DNA from: an uncultured Erysipelotrichaceae bacterium | GTDB lineage: Bacteria > Bacillota_I > Bacilli_A > RF39 > UBA660 | Reading direction: 5' to 3' | DNA length: 57,600 bases | Assembly (NCBI GenBank): GCA_902794075.1 | Contig: CADBGE010000001.1 | Span: 342,477-400,076 of the forward strand | Shown: positions 9,682-20,159 of the stretch, in pieces | Position numbering within the stretch: the stretch's first letter is position 1 | Layout of the letters: every line of letters starts with the position of its first letter | Program-made: the position numbers and the translations under genes | The notes under the pieces: generated by a model | What the model saw: only the letters and a program-made list of their open reading frames with translations | Told to the model about the DNA's origin: nothing | The model's database searches: none

Positions 9682-12600
9682 TTATGTTGTTTTTGTTGTA
9701 TCTGTTGAAGATTCTTCAGTTGTTGCAGAACTTGACATTGATTGAATTTCTACAGTCATTGGCTGTTTCATTAGATTAGATACCTCTTCAACAGACTTCT
9801 TGATTAATTCATGACGACGTTCTTGTATCTTATCTGCCTTCATTATTGTTGTTTCAGCATGAATTAGTCTCTTAACTAATTCTTCAAGAACCTTACTTAA
9901 TCTATTTGCTATTGCATCTGTAAGTCTATCAAGATTGCCCATTTTATTTGCAAGTTGGTTTAATGAAGTTATAAATTTATTCATTTGATTTAGATTGAGC
10001 AATTTTATAGAATTTAGTGTTTTGACAAATTTCTCAATTTGAGTGTTCTGTGCCTTGAATCGTTCAAGTGATTTAACATCTATATTATTTAATTCCTTTA
10101 ATATGCCAGTATACGTAGTTATTACAGATGTTATTGAATATATATCGCGTATGTTCATATTTCCAAATGAACTATTTACTGTCTTTACAACATAGAAGAA
10201 TCCTTGCAATGATGTAGCCACATTTGAATAGTCAACAGGAGTTATTTGAACGGCGATAGAATTAATTTTTATTAATTCTAATAAAGTATCACCCATAAAA
10301 TCAGTATATAAATGAATCTTTTTTCGTAATTTATTTAATTCATATTCAGCATCAAGATTGCTTAAGGTGTCTCTATCTGTTTCTGCTGCACCTAATGTAA
10401 ATACTTCTTCAACATCAGACAATATTCTTCTTCCTAAACTTACGTCAGAAATTGTTTTTGTGTTTGTTAAATTTTCGTCTAAGTTATTTAATTTCATTAA
10501 TGTCGCAAATAATTCAGATGTATTAGTAACGACAGTATCTATTGTGGATACATAATTATCTTTAGTGAATGTATTTTTTAATTCATTTATACCTGTTTTT
10601 GTTGCATTGACATATTCATTCAATGATGTAAACGATAATAAAATAGAGAATACTGTATTCATTAAACTTGAAGTACTATTGCCAACACCATCAATTTTAT
10701 CAACATATTTTTTAATTATATCTGAAAATGAATAAGTTATTTTAATTTCTCCAAAAAGTTTAGTATCTATTGTTGCACTCCCATATTTTTCATCACCACC
10801 AAATAATAATTTTAATGTTTCATAAAACGAATTAATTACTGTTGATAAATTTTTATTTGTTGTGGATAATAATTTTATTGTTGTTGGTAATTTTTTTATA
10901 CTTTCATCTTCTAATATACTAGTAATTGCACCAGATATTTCCGTTATTGCTGATGATCCATTGTTTACAAACTCAACAACATCGTTCATATCTGTTGTAT
11001 TGTCAGATGATTTTGAATTTAATGATGAAAATGTAGGATCATTTATTATATCCATCATTGCCTCACCAAGTGATATAACAACTGTTTTAATATGTAATTT
11101 TGCGTCTTGTATTTTTTGGTCGGACAGTGGTTCAGAATATTGCATTATACCATTATTATCTACACCCTTTGGAAAACGCATTGTTGCATACCCATATATA
11201 CACCCAGAAATAATAGATAATGTCTCAGCAAGTGATTTTATAGAATTAATAACTATTGCAATAGTTCCAGATGAATGCATTGTACCTGTTGAATTAGAAT
11301 TAAACATTTGTATTGGACTATCACTTATATATTGAAGCCAACTATTATTAGCGTCATTCATTATTTCATTAAATGCTTTACCTATTGTTCCAACAATTTT
11401 TTTTATGTTAGTTGATGCATCCGTAAAATCTTGCGTTCCCATTTTTGTAAAACTTATTGGTTTACCATTTTTATCCCATGCATTAGGTATCGATAATGCT
11501 GCTATGTTTTGAACTGCAGTTGCAACAGATGAAATAACATTTCCTGCTTGATTTATTGCATTTAATATTATATTTAAATTTTTATCATTAAATAGTGCCT
11601 TTGTAGTAGAATTATTATTAAGTGCAGCAACTGTTGCTACAGTGTTAATCAATACATCAGTTATTGCTGTTTTTGCTAATCCCAATGTATCCTTTGTGAT
11701 CTTAACAGGTTCTTTACTATCTCCAAATTGACCACCAGCAAACATCACAATCCCACGTGCTATTGATTCTATAACAGTTCCCATTTTTGCTGATGCGTCT
11801 ATAACACGTTCTATTGGAGACATTGTGTCAATAGTAACTACCTCATCTGATCCAAAAAAGTTTTTAATTACCTCTGTTCTAATTTGCCATAACTCAGGTT
11901 TATATTTATATATACCAATAAGTGCACCGGCTGTTGTAGATATTACTTCAGTTATTTTTGATGCAGCATTTTTTAAATCGCCTTGCGTTAGTTTAATCCA
12001 TCCTGTAGCCTTGCCATCCTTATCAAATGCAGTTGGTATTTTCATATTTGCATAATCAGCAAGTCCCTTGGCTATATTTCCTATTGATGTGCCAATTTTT
12101 TCTGATGCACTTAATATATTATATAATGGTGATTTTTCAAATTCTTCATCATCATCTAATTTCCACCAATCACTATGCAGTCCATTAGCCTCATCAATTA
12201 ATGCCTGAGCAACAGTTATGATTACTGTTGTTATACACTGTGCAGCTTTACTGAAATCTTCTGTATTTAATTCTTTATATCCTTTTTTAGGATTTCCATT
12301 TTCATCAATTCCTCCTGAATAATCTGGAAACATCATTTTTGAAAAATTAGATATACCAGTTGCAAGAGATGACACAACAGATCCTATCTTTACAGATGAA
12401 TCAAGTACTCTATCAAATGCCTCGTGGGCATCGTCATCATCAGCTAATATATATTTTTTTATTATTTCAAACGCAGGACCTTCTTTATATGAGCCATCTT
12501 TATTTTGAATATATCCCATTAAACCAAGCATCGTTGTTGTGATTACTGTTCCAATGTTTTGTCCGGCCAACTTAAAGTCTTCATGACCCATTTCTTTAAA

Positions 12601-15600
12601 CTCAACAGCCTTTCCGTTTTCCCATCTTGTTGGAATCTTTAAATCTGCATAATCCTTAACTCCAGCTGCAACATCAGAAATCAATTCAGATAATTTCTTA
12701 TTAGTATTTATTACCTTTTCAAAAGGTGATTTGCCAAGACCACCCCAACTTTCTTTAAACCAATTATCTTGATGAGTATTCCACACTGTCATTATACCAG
12801 TTCCAAGAACCTCTAAAACATTAGTTACATTTTTTGCAGCCTTAATAAAGTCACCATCTGTTATTTGTTTAAAATTTTTTGCTTTTCCATCTTTATCCCA
12901 ATCTATTGGAATTTTTAAATCTGCATAATCCTTTATATCATCAGCAACAACAGATATTAATTCAGATAATTTTTTATTAGTATTTATTACCTTTTCAAGA
13001 GGCGATTTACCTAATCCACCACAACTTTCTTCGAACCATCCTTTTTGTTCATTATCCTTATAAACCTTCATTATGCCTTCACATAAAATACTAAGTACCT
13101 TTGTTACGTTTTTACTGGCTTTAGTGAAGTCCATATCAGTTATTGATCTAAACTCTATTCCTTTTCCTTCTTTATCCCATCTTGTTGTAATCTTTAAATC
13201 AGCATAGTCCTTTACGGCTGAAGCAACTTTTGAAATAAGTCGCGGTAACAATTGCGTTTGTGCTAAAACTTTTTGTAGTGGTGATTTTCTTGTCCCTTGT
13301 ACTGTTGCTCCAATTGCTGCGCCAACCATACCAACTGGCCCCAATAATGCCCCAAGCCCCCATAATGCACTAATATCTCCACCAAACCATTCAGAATGAT
13401 CTATATATGTTTGCATTACACCAGCTGTTAACGTTGACAATACTAATGAAACATTTTTTGCTGCATTATCAAAATCGGATGCGCCTAAATGTCTAAATTC
13501 AATAGCATTACCTTCATTATCCCATTTAGTTGCTATCTTTAAATCAGCATATTCTTTAACTGAACGTGCAATACGAGATATTAATGGGGCTAATTCCTTA
13601 GACTGTCTTATAACTCTTTGTAATGGTGATTTACCACCACTCCAGAATGAAGACCATGAAATTGTTGAATACCAATCATCATGCATTTCATATGCAGTCA
13701 TTATGCCTTGTGTTAATGTAGTTACAATCAATGAAATATTGTTTGCTGCAGCATCAAAATCTGACCTTTCAAGTCTTCTATATCCAACATGTTTTGTTCC
13801 ATCGTAAATCTTTATCTTAAGATCTGCATAATCCTTGACAGTCTCAGCCATATCAGACACAACTTTAGTTAACCCCAATATAGCAGCTTCAGCAGCAAAT
13901 AACAATGGTGCAACTAAACCAAGTGGAGCCATTTCTTTCATAACACCAATTATACCTTTAATTATATTAATTAGAGGTGACATATCAAATTCTTTAATCT
14001 TAGATAATTTATCTAATGCATCAGCAAGATTTAATAAACTGTATGAAACAATTCCAAATGCTGCAGACGCAGCAAGAACAACTCCGATTGCCGCAGTCAC
14101 AGCAATTGCTACTGGAGGATTACCAAGAAGAGCACCTAATCCAACAAGCCCTACAGCCATAGCACCAAGAACTTCCATTACAGTCCAAACAAGTGAAGTA
14201 AAAACATCTAAACCGCCAGCTTTATTGATGTTCTTTTGAATTTCACTTAATATAAAGAACGAACCAGAAATTATGGTGACGCATAATGAAATACCTCCTA
14301 ATGCTAAAATTGATTTACCTATATCTTGATTACTAATTTTTCCTAGTATATACATTATACCAGTCATTGCCAAAATAAACGCCCCCAATATTACACCGAA
14401 CTCTAATACTGCCCATGCCATGTTTGGATTCTTAGCAATTAGATATCCTCCTATTAGCAATGTTGCTGCAGATATACCTGTAAGAATCATTATAGCTGTT
14501 GCTGTTGGAATGGCCTTTTGCACTCTTTTTGCGTTACTATAATATGCCTTTGTTATTCCCCAAATGAAACCTGCTAACATTGTAGCAAATAATGGAACTG
14601 TTACTATCATTGCTGGATTTTCCATAAGTATATATCCACCTATTAACATAGTTAATCCAGATAAAACGACTAACCATGCAAATTGTTTCGCCGTATATCC
14701 TGCTTTATTAATTGATTTTTTAAATATTATATATGGACTAAGTACTGCCCACATAAATGCGGCCAATGTTCCGGTGAATAATATTAATGAACCGTAATTT
14801 AATGCAGGCATAATAGCTGCTCCTAAGAATAATATGAATGCAGATCCAACAACTAAGAATAATGCATCCCTCATTCCAGATGGGACATTGTGAGCCTTTT
14901 CACCTTTCTTTAAACTAATTGCTTCACCTTTAGAACTTAAACCAACTAGTTTAAATATACCAAGTATCACAAATAGAAATAGTCCTAATGTTATAGTAAA
15001 TGCAAATAAGTTCTTTATGTTTAATGCAGGCATTACAGCGGCGCCTAAGAACATTATGAATGCAGATCCAACAATCATATATGCTGCATCTTTCATTCCT
15101 TCCATTCCACCACCTTCACCATATAACTTGTGAGCTAATGCAAATACTGAAAGTGTAGTAAATATAAATAAACCAAGTGTAACAGTAAATAAGATTAAGT
15201 TTGCAGGATTTATAAAATTCATCATTAAAGATCCAAAAATTAGAATAAATCCTGACATTGCAATCATTTCAGTTATTTCATGGATTGTTTCTCCTATTTT
15301 TTCATTCTCAAATATATCTTTAAAGTTTTTAAATACACTAACTATACTATGTAAAAACACACTTAATATTGTTGGAAACAACATCATATCAATTGCTGAT
15401 AAGAATTTACCTAATACACCTGCAAACAACAATAACATTCCAGTTGTAACAACAAGTTCAGAAAATTCATGTAGACCAGACATTACTACACCGTTTGGTT
15501 TTAATGCTCTATGCGCAAGAACAAATATTAGCATTAATGCTCCAAGAAATACTGAAAGTATTGTAGTAAATTTGATTATTGATGCATAATTAATTTTATC

Positions 15601-16434
15601 ACCAAGTAAACCTACAACTATAAATAATAATGATACACCTATAACTCCAACCATTAGGGTTTTAATTCCCTCAAATAATTCTGTTGAATTCTTTATATCT
15701 TTTGAATCTACTTTACCGTTTACTGCTGTTGTGACTACAGCTGTATCGTTGATTTCGTTCATTTTACTTTTAAATGACTTGAAATCAACATTCATATTAT
15801 TTAGTTCATCAATATTGTGAAATATTTCGTATATGGATCCACCTTTAGATGTCATATCCTGCAATTCATCAAATGAATCTATTGTTTTTTCACTTAAATT
15901 AAACGTTTTAATAGAATCTAATAAATCTGAAAAATCACTATTTCCTGAAATACTTGTTTCATTTATATTATTTCCCGAATTTGATTTTTCTTGTTGTATT
16001 AATGTATTTAATATTGACTGTACATTACTATTAATTGAATTAACATTCTTAAAAAATTTAGGGATTTCTGATTTAGCATTCTTTAATTCGGACACAACAT
16101 CCTTTAGATTTTTTTGGTTTTCTTCTGCTATTTTTATATATGAATGAAACTCTTTAAAGTTATTCTTACCAAGAACGATATCTGTTGTGTTATTACTAAT
16201 ATTCTTTAATAACCCAAGAATACCACTATTTTTTGCGTCTGGTTTACCCTTACCTTTAACCTTTCCAATAAGATCTTGATGATCTTTTATGTCTACACCA
16301 GTTAATAACATACCAATTGCAACAGAAAGAGGTGTGATAAAATCATTAGAATTTCCTGTTGGCGTATTAGTGCCCTCATGAACTTTATTATCGTTTTTGT
16401 TGCGTCTTTTTAAGATATCACTAAGTAATGCCAT
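9682..16434 (-). CDS. Tape-measure-like / DNA-delivery membrane protein (2250 aa)
   Basis: Long multi-helix hydrophobic region, then about 10 degenerate repeats (VKDYADLKI...WD..G...DF..A..N[IV]); upstream of a tail-tube-fold gene. Confidence 0.6.
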   Translation of the reverse strand: MALLSDILKRRNKNDNKVHEGTNTPTGNSNDFITPLSVAIGMLLTGVDIKDHQDLIGKVKGKGKPDAKNSGILGLLKNISNNTTDIVLGKNNFKEFHSYIKIAEENQKNLKDVVSELKNAKSEIPKFFKNVNSINSNVQSILNTLIQQEKSNSGNNINETSISGNSDFSDLLDSIKTFNLSEKTIDSFDELQDMTSKGGSIYEIFHNIDELNNMNVDFKSFKSKMNEINDTAVVTTAVNGKVDSKDIKNSTELFEGIKTLMVGVIGVSLLFIVVGLLGDKINYASIIKFTTILSVFLGALMLIFVLAHRALKPNGVVMSGLHEFSELVVTTGMLLLFAGVLGKFLSAIDMMLFPTILSVFLHSIVSVFKNFKDIFENEKIGETIHEITEMIAMSGFILIFGSLMMNFINPANLILFTVTLGLFIFTTLSVFALAHKLYGEGGGMEGMKDAAYMIVGSAFIMFLGAAVMPALNIKNLFAFTITLGLFLFVILGIFKLVGLSSKGEAISLKKGEKAHNVPSGMRDALFLVVGSAFILFLGAAIMPALNYGSLILFTGTLAAFMWAVLSPYIIFKKSINKAGYTAKQFAWLVVLSGLTMLIGGYILMENPAMIVTVPLFATMLAGFIWGITKAYYSNAKRVQKAIPTATAIMILTGISAATLLIGGYLIAKNPNMAWAVLEFGVILGAFILAMTGIMYILGKISNQDIGKSILALGGISLCVTIISGSFFILSEIQKNINKAGGLDVFTSLVWTVMEVLGAMAVGLVGLGALLGNPPVAIAVTAAIGVVLAASAAFGIVSYSLLNLADALDKLSKIKEFDMSPLINIIKGIIGVMKEMAPLGLVAPLLFAAEAAILGLTKVVSDMAETVKDYADLKIKIYDGTKHVGYRRLERSDFDAAANNISLIVTTLTQGIMTAYEMHDDWYSTISWSSFWSGGKSPLQRVIRQSKELAPLISRIARSVKEYADLKIATKWDNEGNAIEFRHLGASDFDNAAKNVSLVLSTLTAGVMQTYIDHSEWFGGDISALWGLGALLGPVGMVGAAIGATVQGTRKSPLQKVLAQTQLLPRLISKVASAVKDYADLKITTRWDKEGKGIEFRSITDMDFTKASKNVTKVLSILCEGIMKVYKDNEQKGWFEESCGGLGKSPLEKVINTNKKLSELISVVADDIKDYADLKIPIDWDKDGKAKNFKQITDGDFIKAAKNVTNVLEVLGTGIMTVWNTHQDNWFKESWGGLGKSPFEKVINTNKKLSELISDVAAGVKDYADLKIPTRWENGKAVEFKEMGHEDFKLAGQNIGTVITTTMLGLMGYIQNKDGSYKEGPAFEIIKKYILADDDDAHEAFDRVLDSSVKIGSVVSSLATGISNFSKMMFPDYSGGIDENGNPKKGYKELNTEDFSKAAQCITTVIITVAQALIDEANGLHSDWWKLDDDEEFEKSPLYNILSASEKIGTSIGNIAKGLADYANMKIPTAFDKDGKATGWIKLTQGDLKNAASKITEVISTTAGALIGIYKYKPELWQIRTEVIKNFFGSDEVVTIDTMSPIERVIDASAKMGTVIESIARGIVMFAGGQFGDSKEPVKITKDTLGLAKTAITDVLINTVATVAALNNNSTTKALFNDKNLNIILNAINQAGNVISSVATAVQNIAALSIPNAWDKNGKPISFTKMGTQDFTDASTNIKKIVGTIGKAFNEIMNDANNSWLQYISDSPIQMFNSNSTGTMHSSGTIAIVINSIKSLAETLSIISGCIYGYATMRFPKGVDNNGIMQYSEPLSDQKIQDAKLHIKTVVISLGEAMMDIINDPTFSSLNSKSSDNTTDMNDVVEFVNNGSSAITEISGAITSILEDESIKKLPTTIKLLSTTNKNLSTVINSFYETLKLLFGGDEKYGSATIDTKLFGEIKITYSFSDIIKKYVDKIDGVGNSTSSLMNTVFSILLSFTSLNEYVNATKTGINELKNTFTKDNYVSTIDTVVTNTSELFATLMKLNNLDENLTNTKTISDVSLGRRILSDVEEVFTLGAAETDRDTLSNLDAEYELNKLRKKIHLYTDFMGDTLLELIKINSIAVQITPVDYSNVATSLQGFFYVVKTVNSSFGNMNIRDIYSITSVITTYTGILKELNNIDVKSLERFKAQNTQIEKFVKTLNSIKLLNLNQMNKFITSLNQLANKMGNLDRLTDAIANRLSKVLEELVKRLIHAETTIMKADKIQERRHELIKKSVEEVSNLMKQPMTVEIQSMSSSATTEESSTDTTKTT

Positions 16435-16501
16435 ATATAAATATATAAATAAATAAAAATATGTACAGTTTTGCCTTTATTTAAAAATATTTATAAGACA
16501 C

Positions 16502-16530
16502 AAAAAGAGAGATACTTGAGGTATCTCTCT
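16502..16530 (-). terminator. Intrinsic terminator after ompA
   Basis: Stem agagagatac/gtatctctct with a U-tract on the minus strand. Confidence 0.8.
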
Positions 16531-16563
16531 ATAAGTTATTTTGTAAAAGGTATAATGTGTAGT

Positions 16564-17643
16564 TTACTTAACAACGACCTTTACAATCTGATGTCCTGTT
16601 TCGCCTACACCATTGCAGTTAGCAACCTTTACGCCACGATTTGCAAGATAGCCTGCGACAACATTTGCACGGCGCTCAGAAAGCTTCTGATTGAAATTCT
16701 TTGAGCCTGGATAACTTGCCTCACCTTGAACATCAACTACAACATCGGTAGGAATTGTGTTGAGTACGTCACGACCTGCTTGGTCAAGTTCAGCCTTACC
16801 ATAGTCAAAGGCGACAACATATACAGTCTGTGTACCAACTTCCTTAGTAACAACCTTCTCAACGATCTTCTCAACAACCTCAGGTTGACGAGCACGAAGA
16901 TCATTAATCTCAGCATTCAACTTATCAACATCATTCTGAGTATAACGATATGGACACTCAGTGAACTGATTACCAATCTTATAAGTTACACCAACCTTGA
17001 GACCATACCAAGAATTGCGACTGTCAAAGCGAGGATGTTCATAAGTACCGAAGCTGTAGCCACCAGTAAGGTTATAATTGAACTCAGGAATCAAGTTCAA
17101 TTGCCAACGCTCATCGAAATTGTAGTTAACCTCTGCCTTGAACTTTACACCGAAGTCGTTCTCATAATTCTTGCCAGGGAAACCATGAATCCACATAGGA
17201 CCAGTTGCCATAACGAACTCCCACTTACGATTAGGATTCCAACCTGCAAAAATATTACTCATATTGAACTTAACCAAACCGGTTACATTAATATAATTGA
17301 AGCGTTTTGCCTTCTGATATAGGTCAATACCAGCATCGTCTACGCCAACCCATTCATAGTTGAAATAACCGAACTTGCTGCCGTTGCGAATACCGAAGTC
17401 GCCTTCAAATGCAACACCAAACTTAGGTGTGATCCATTTACCAATCTCAGCACCAATCACTCCCTGGATTGTGTGACCCCAGTCCTCATATCCATTGCAT
17501 CCAGGATGAGTCAATGCAGTTGCACCACCCTCCAAACGGAAGTAAGTGTTGTCAATAAAACGACTACTCTCAAAAGTCTGAGCACTCATGCTCATTGCGA
17601 ACATTGCCACAAGGGCAATCATCAAACTAAAAATTTTCTTCAT
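16564..17643 (-). CDS. ompA: OmpA-family outer membrane protein (Bacteroidota type)
   Basis: Signal peptide MKKIFSLMIALVAMFAMSMSA, beta-barrel strands ending GLKVGVTYKI, coiled linker, OmpA-like peptidoglycan-binding motif FDYGK...NQKLSERRANVVAGYL. Confidence 0.88.
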   Translation of the reverse strand: MKKIFSLMIALVAMFAMSMSAQTFESSRFIDNTYFRLEGGATALTHPGCNGYEDWGHTIQGVIGAEIGKWITPKFGVAFEGDFGIRNGSKFGYFNYEWVGVDDAGIDLYQKAKRFNYINVTGLVKFNMSNIFAGWNPNRKWEFVMATGPMWIHGFPGKNYENDFGVKFKAEVNYNFDERWQLNLIPEFNYNLTGGYSFGTYEHPRFDSRNSWYGLKVGVTYKIGNQFTECPYRYTQNDVDKLNAEINDLRARQPEVVEKIVEKVVTKEVGTQTVYVVAFDYGKAELDQAGRDVLNTIPTDVVVDVQGEASYPGSKNFNQKLSERRANVVAGYLANRGVKVANCNGVGETGHQIVKVVVK

Positions 17644-17716
17644 AATCTTAAAAAATAAAATTAATTAAATGTTTAAAAGTTTTTTGTTAGTAATTTTGTT
17701 TATATTTTGTTTATAT

Positions 17717-17746
17717 AATATAGTATAATTGCTTGAGAAAATTCAA
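17717..17746 (-). promoter_or_regulatory. Promoter TTGAAT-N18-TATATT upstream of ompA
   Basis: Recurring motif. Confidence 0.55.
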
Positions 17747-17767
17747 ACAATCATACTATTATTTTCA

Positions 17768-18493
17768 TTAATGTTTCACATCTGAACTTCCAAAGCCATC
17801 AGCGCCACGTTGTGAATCCTTCATAAGTTCCTCGTATTCATTATCATTAATCTCAACAGGATTCATATGAAGTACAGGCAATATTACCATTTGTGATAAC
17901 TTGTCACCACAATATACAATGTTATTTACTTCTGAATCCTTCGTATATGCAACACTTAAATGAACATAACCTGAATAATCCTCATCAACGACCTGCGCAC
18001 GAACATCAAATCCCGCATTTCCTTTGCCTGACTTATTTAAAAAGATTCCCGCAGTTCCGGGTTCAAGTGCTATCTTAATACCTGAGTTAATAAATAATGT
18101 TGAGTTCAGAGGCATTTTAATTCCAGGAATATTATTGTCATCAAACACAACATATTTCTGCATGAACATATACATTGGTGCCTTCACATAAATGTTTTCC
18201 TTTGCGATACGAGATTCCCAAAGAGGCTTATCATAAAAGGCAAGATATAGATGAAGAATGTTAAGACAATGTGTTTCATATACAGTTGAGATAACACATT
18301 CACGAATATCACGTAGTAGTGCAATCATATCTTCATCTGTTTTCTTATATGATTTCTTAAATCCCTCATATGCAATCTTTGCCTTCTCTTCATCAGTACA
18401 ATCAATCAAAGGAACATAAAAATCCATTCCTGCTGACTGATGTGTATTTGTTGGCTTTATGCCGAATCCATTATAAATTTTCAATTCTTTCAT
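17768..18493 (-). CDS. dut: Trimeric dUTPase with internal insertion
   Basis: SAGMDF, INSGIKI, NKSG, VVDEDYSG, GDKLSQ, RGADGFGSS motifs. Confidence 0.88.
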   Translation of the reverse strand: MKELKIYNGFGIKPTNTHQSAGMDFYVPLIDCTDEEKAKIAYEGFKKSYKKTDEDMIALLRDIRECVISTVYETHCLNILHLYLAFYDKPLWESRIAKENIYVKAPMYMFMQKYVVFDDNNIPGIKMPLNSTLFINSGIKIALEPGTAGIFLNKSGKGNAGFDVRAQVVDEDYSGYVHLSVAYTKDSEVNNIVYCGDKLSQMVILPVLHMNPVEINDNEYEELMKDSQRGADGFGSSDVKH

Positions 18494-18519
18494 AATCTTA
18501 AAAGTTTCGTTACAATAAA

Positions 18520-18548
18520 AATATATTACTTTACAATAAAAAATTCAA
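18520..18548 (-). promoter_or_regulatory. Promoter TTGAAT-N17-TATATT upstream of dut
   Basis: Recurring motif. Confidence 0.55.
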
Positions 18549-18555
18549 TACTTTC

Positions 18556-19563
18556 TTAAGTTTCTTCACGATATGGACTTGCCTTTGGATCATCCTCCAC
18601 ATTATAAGTAATGTCTTTATATGTCTCTGGATATATATATTTTAGCATATAAGTATTAAGTTGAGACATTTCATTAAATCCGGGATTGTTTGAACTATGT
18701 CCATCAAGAAGTGCAGTAAGATCTACCATTGCACGTCCATACATTGCTTTAAGAACTTGCTTATCATTCTTGAACCTCTCAAACAAACTTGCAATGCCTG
18801 ATATAGTACCAAGTCGAGTCTTAAGAACATCATCACGAATAATACTTCCACCAGCTGCACGATAATTGACCTCACATGAAGGCATAATTACAATTTTCTT
18901 AGCAAGACTTACCCACACTGGAATAGTTCTAACATCTTCAAAGATTCGTTCCGTTGAGTATTCAAACTTATCACAAAGTTCTTTCTTATAAATCTTTGTC
19001 CAAACATTGAACTTAATTGCATTATCCTTGAACAGCAATATTTCTGCAATATGAGGATCTTCAACAACCATTCGTTGATTTACACAAGAATTAACTTGTT
19101 GTCCATTTGGCTGATTAAATACCATACCAAATTCTACAATGTCAGCATTTTCCTTGATGATTTCTTTATATGCACGATATACAAAATCAATCTTCATATA
19201 ATAATCATCAGCATCAAGAAACATTAGATAATTTCCTGTTGCATGCTCAATACCGAATTTTCTTGCACCGCCACAGCCTAAGTTCTCATCTGGTTCAAAA
19301 ATCTTAACATTTATATTATTAGGATTAGGATGATTAGCTAAATAATTTTCAAGAAGTTGTCTACTGTCATCCGGAGACTTATCATCAATAATAATATATT
19401 CAATGTCAAAATAATCATCATGAACTTGCTGCATTACAGAATTTACAGCATTTAGAATAAATGTTCTTGCATTATAAAACGTAGTTATAATTGACACAAG
19501 ATCTTTATTATTGTTCATAATTTTACTTGTTGACTTATTTGTGTTTACTTTTTTCTTACTCAT
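18556..19563 (-). CDS. Glycosyltransferase family 2
   Basis: VSIITTFYN, IIIDDKSPD, NLGCGGARKFG, MFLDADD, VWTKIYK, FED motifs. Confidence 0.9.
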   Translation of the reverse strand: MSKKKVNTNKSTSKIMNNNKDLVSIITTFYNARTFILNAVNSVMQQVHDDYFDIEYIIIDDKSPDDSRQLLENYLANHPNPNNINVKIFEPDENLGCGGARKFGIEHATGNYLMFLDADDYYMKIDFVYRAYKEIIKENADIVEFGMVFNQPNGQQVNSCVNQRMVVEDPHIAEILLFKDNAIKFNVWTKIYKKELCDKFEYSTERIFEDVRTIPVWVSLAKKIVIMPSCEVNYRAAGGSIIRDDVLKTRLGTISGIASLFERFKNDKQVLKAMYGRAMVDLTALLDGHSSNNPGFNEMSQLNTYMLKYIYPETYKDITYNVEDDPKASPYREET

Positions 19564-20159
19564 TTCACCAAGATCATTATAGTTGTGTCTGAAATTCTTT
19601 TGATGACATAAAATGAATTATATTCATTTTCCATAGCAGGAATTGCTGTACCAGCTTCATCAGTAATATCTGAAAACTTAGGTTTACAAAAATCGCCTGG
19701 CTTACATAATCCATTGTCCTTAACAATAGCTTTACCAATTAGTACTACAGATACCCATTCAGAACGGTCAGATCTTTTTACATATTTAAGTTCTTTATTA
19801 AATTCCTTGTTCTCAACAGGAATATATTGTTCATAAGGAAATGTATGAATATATGAAAATTCCTCAAGCTGATCATAATCTTTTCTGCCTACAGCAAGAC
19901 GTTCTTTCATCATGTATATGTCTCCATAATCATTTGACATATACTTATTATACCACGTTTCTGGATTGTCTGATTGTGATAAATAATTTATCGAACTTAC
20001 ACCAAATATAGATTTGTTCTCATCATTAGCCAAATTAATTTTTTCATGGTCAATTTTATTGAACTGTACAAATCTACCGAATTTGTTTTCATCTCCTGGA
20101 TATATGGTCCACTCATACATCTCAGAATATCCAAACTTGTTAACTAACTTATTATCCAT
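19560..20159 (-). CDS. Stand-alone peptidase G2 / intramolecular chaperone-like domain protein
   Basis: GYSEMYEW...GRFV...KINLAN...W..KY...RSDRSEWVSVVLIGKAIVKDNGLCKPGDFC...YVIKRI matches the Peptidase_G2 pattern as I recall it. Confidence 0.65.
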   Translation of the reverse strand: MDNKLVNKFGYSEMYEWTIYPGDENKFGRFVQFNKIDHEKINLANDENKSIFGVSSINYLSQSDNPETWYNKYMSNDYGDIYMMKERLAVGRKDYDQLEEFSYIHTFPYEQYIPVENKEFNKELKYVKRSDRSEWVSVVLIGKAIVKDNGLCKPGDFCKPKFSDITDEAGTAIPAMENEYNSFYVIKRISDTTIMILVK

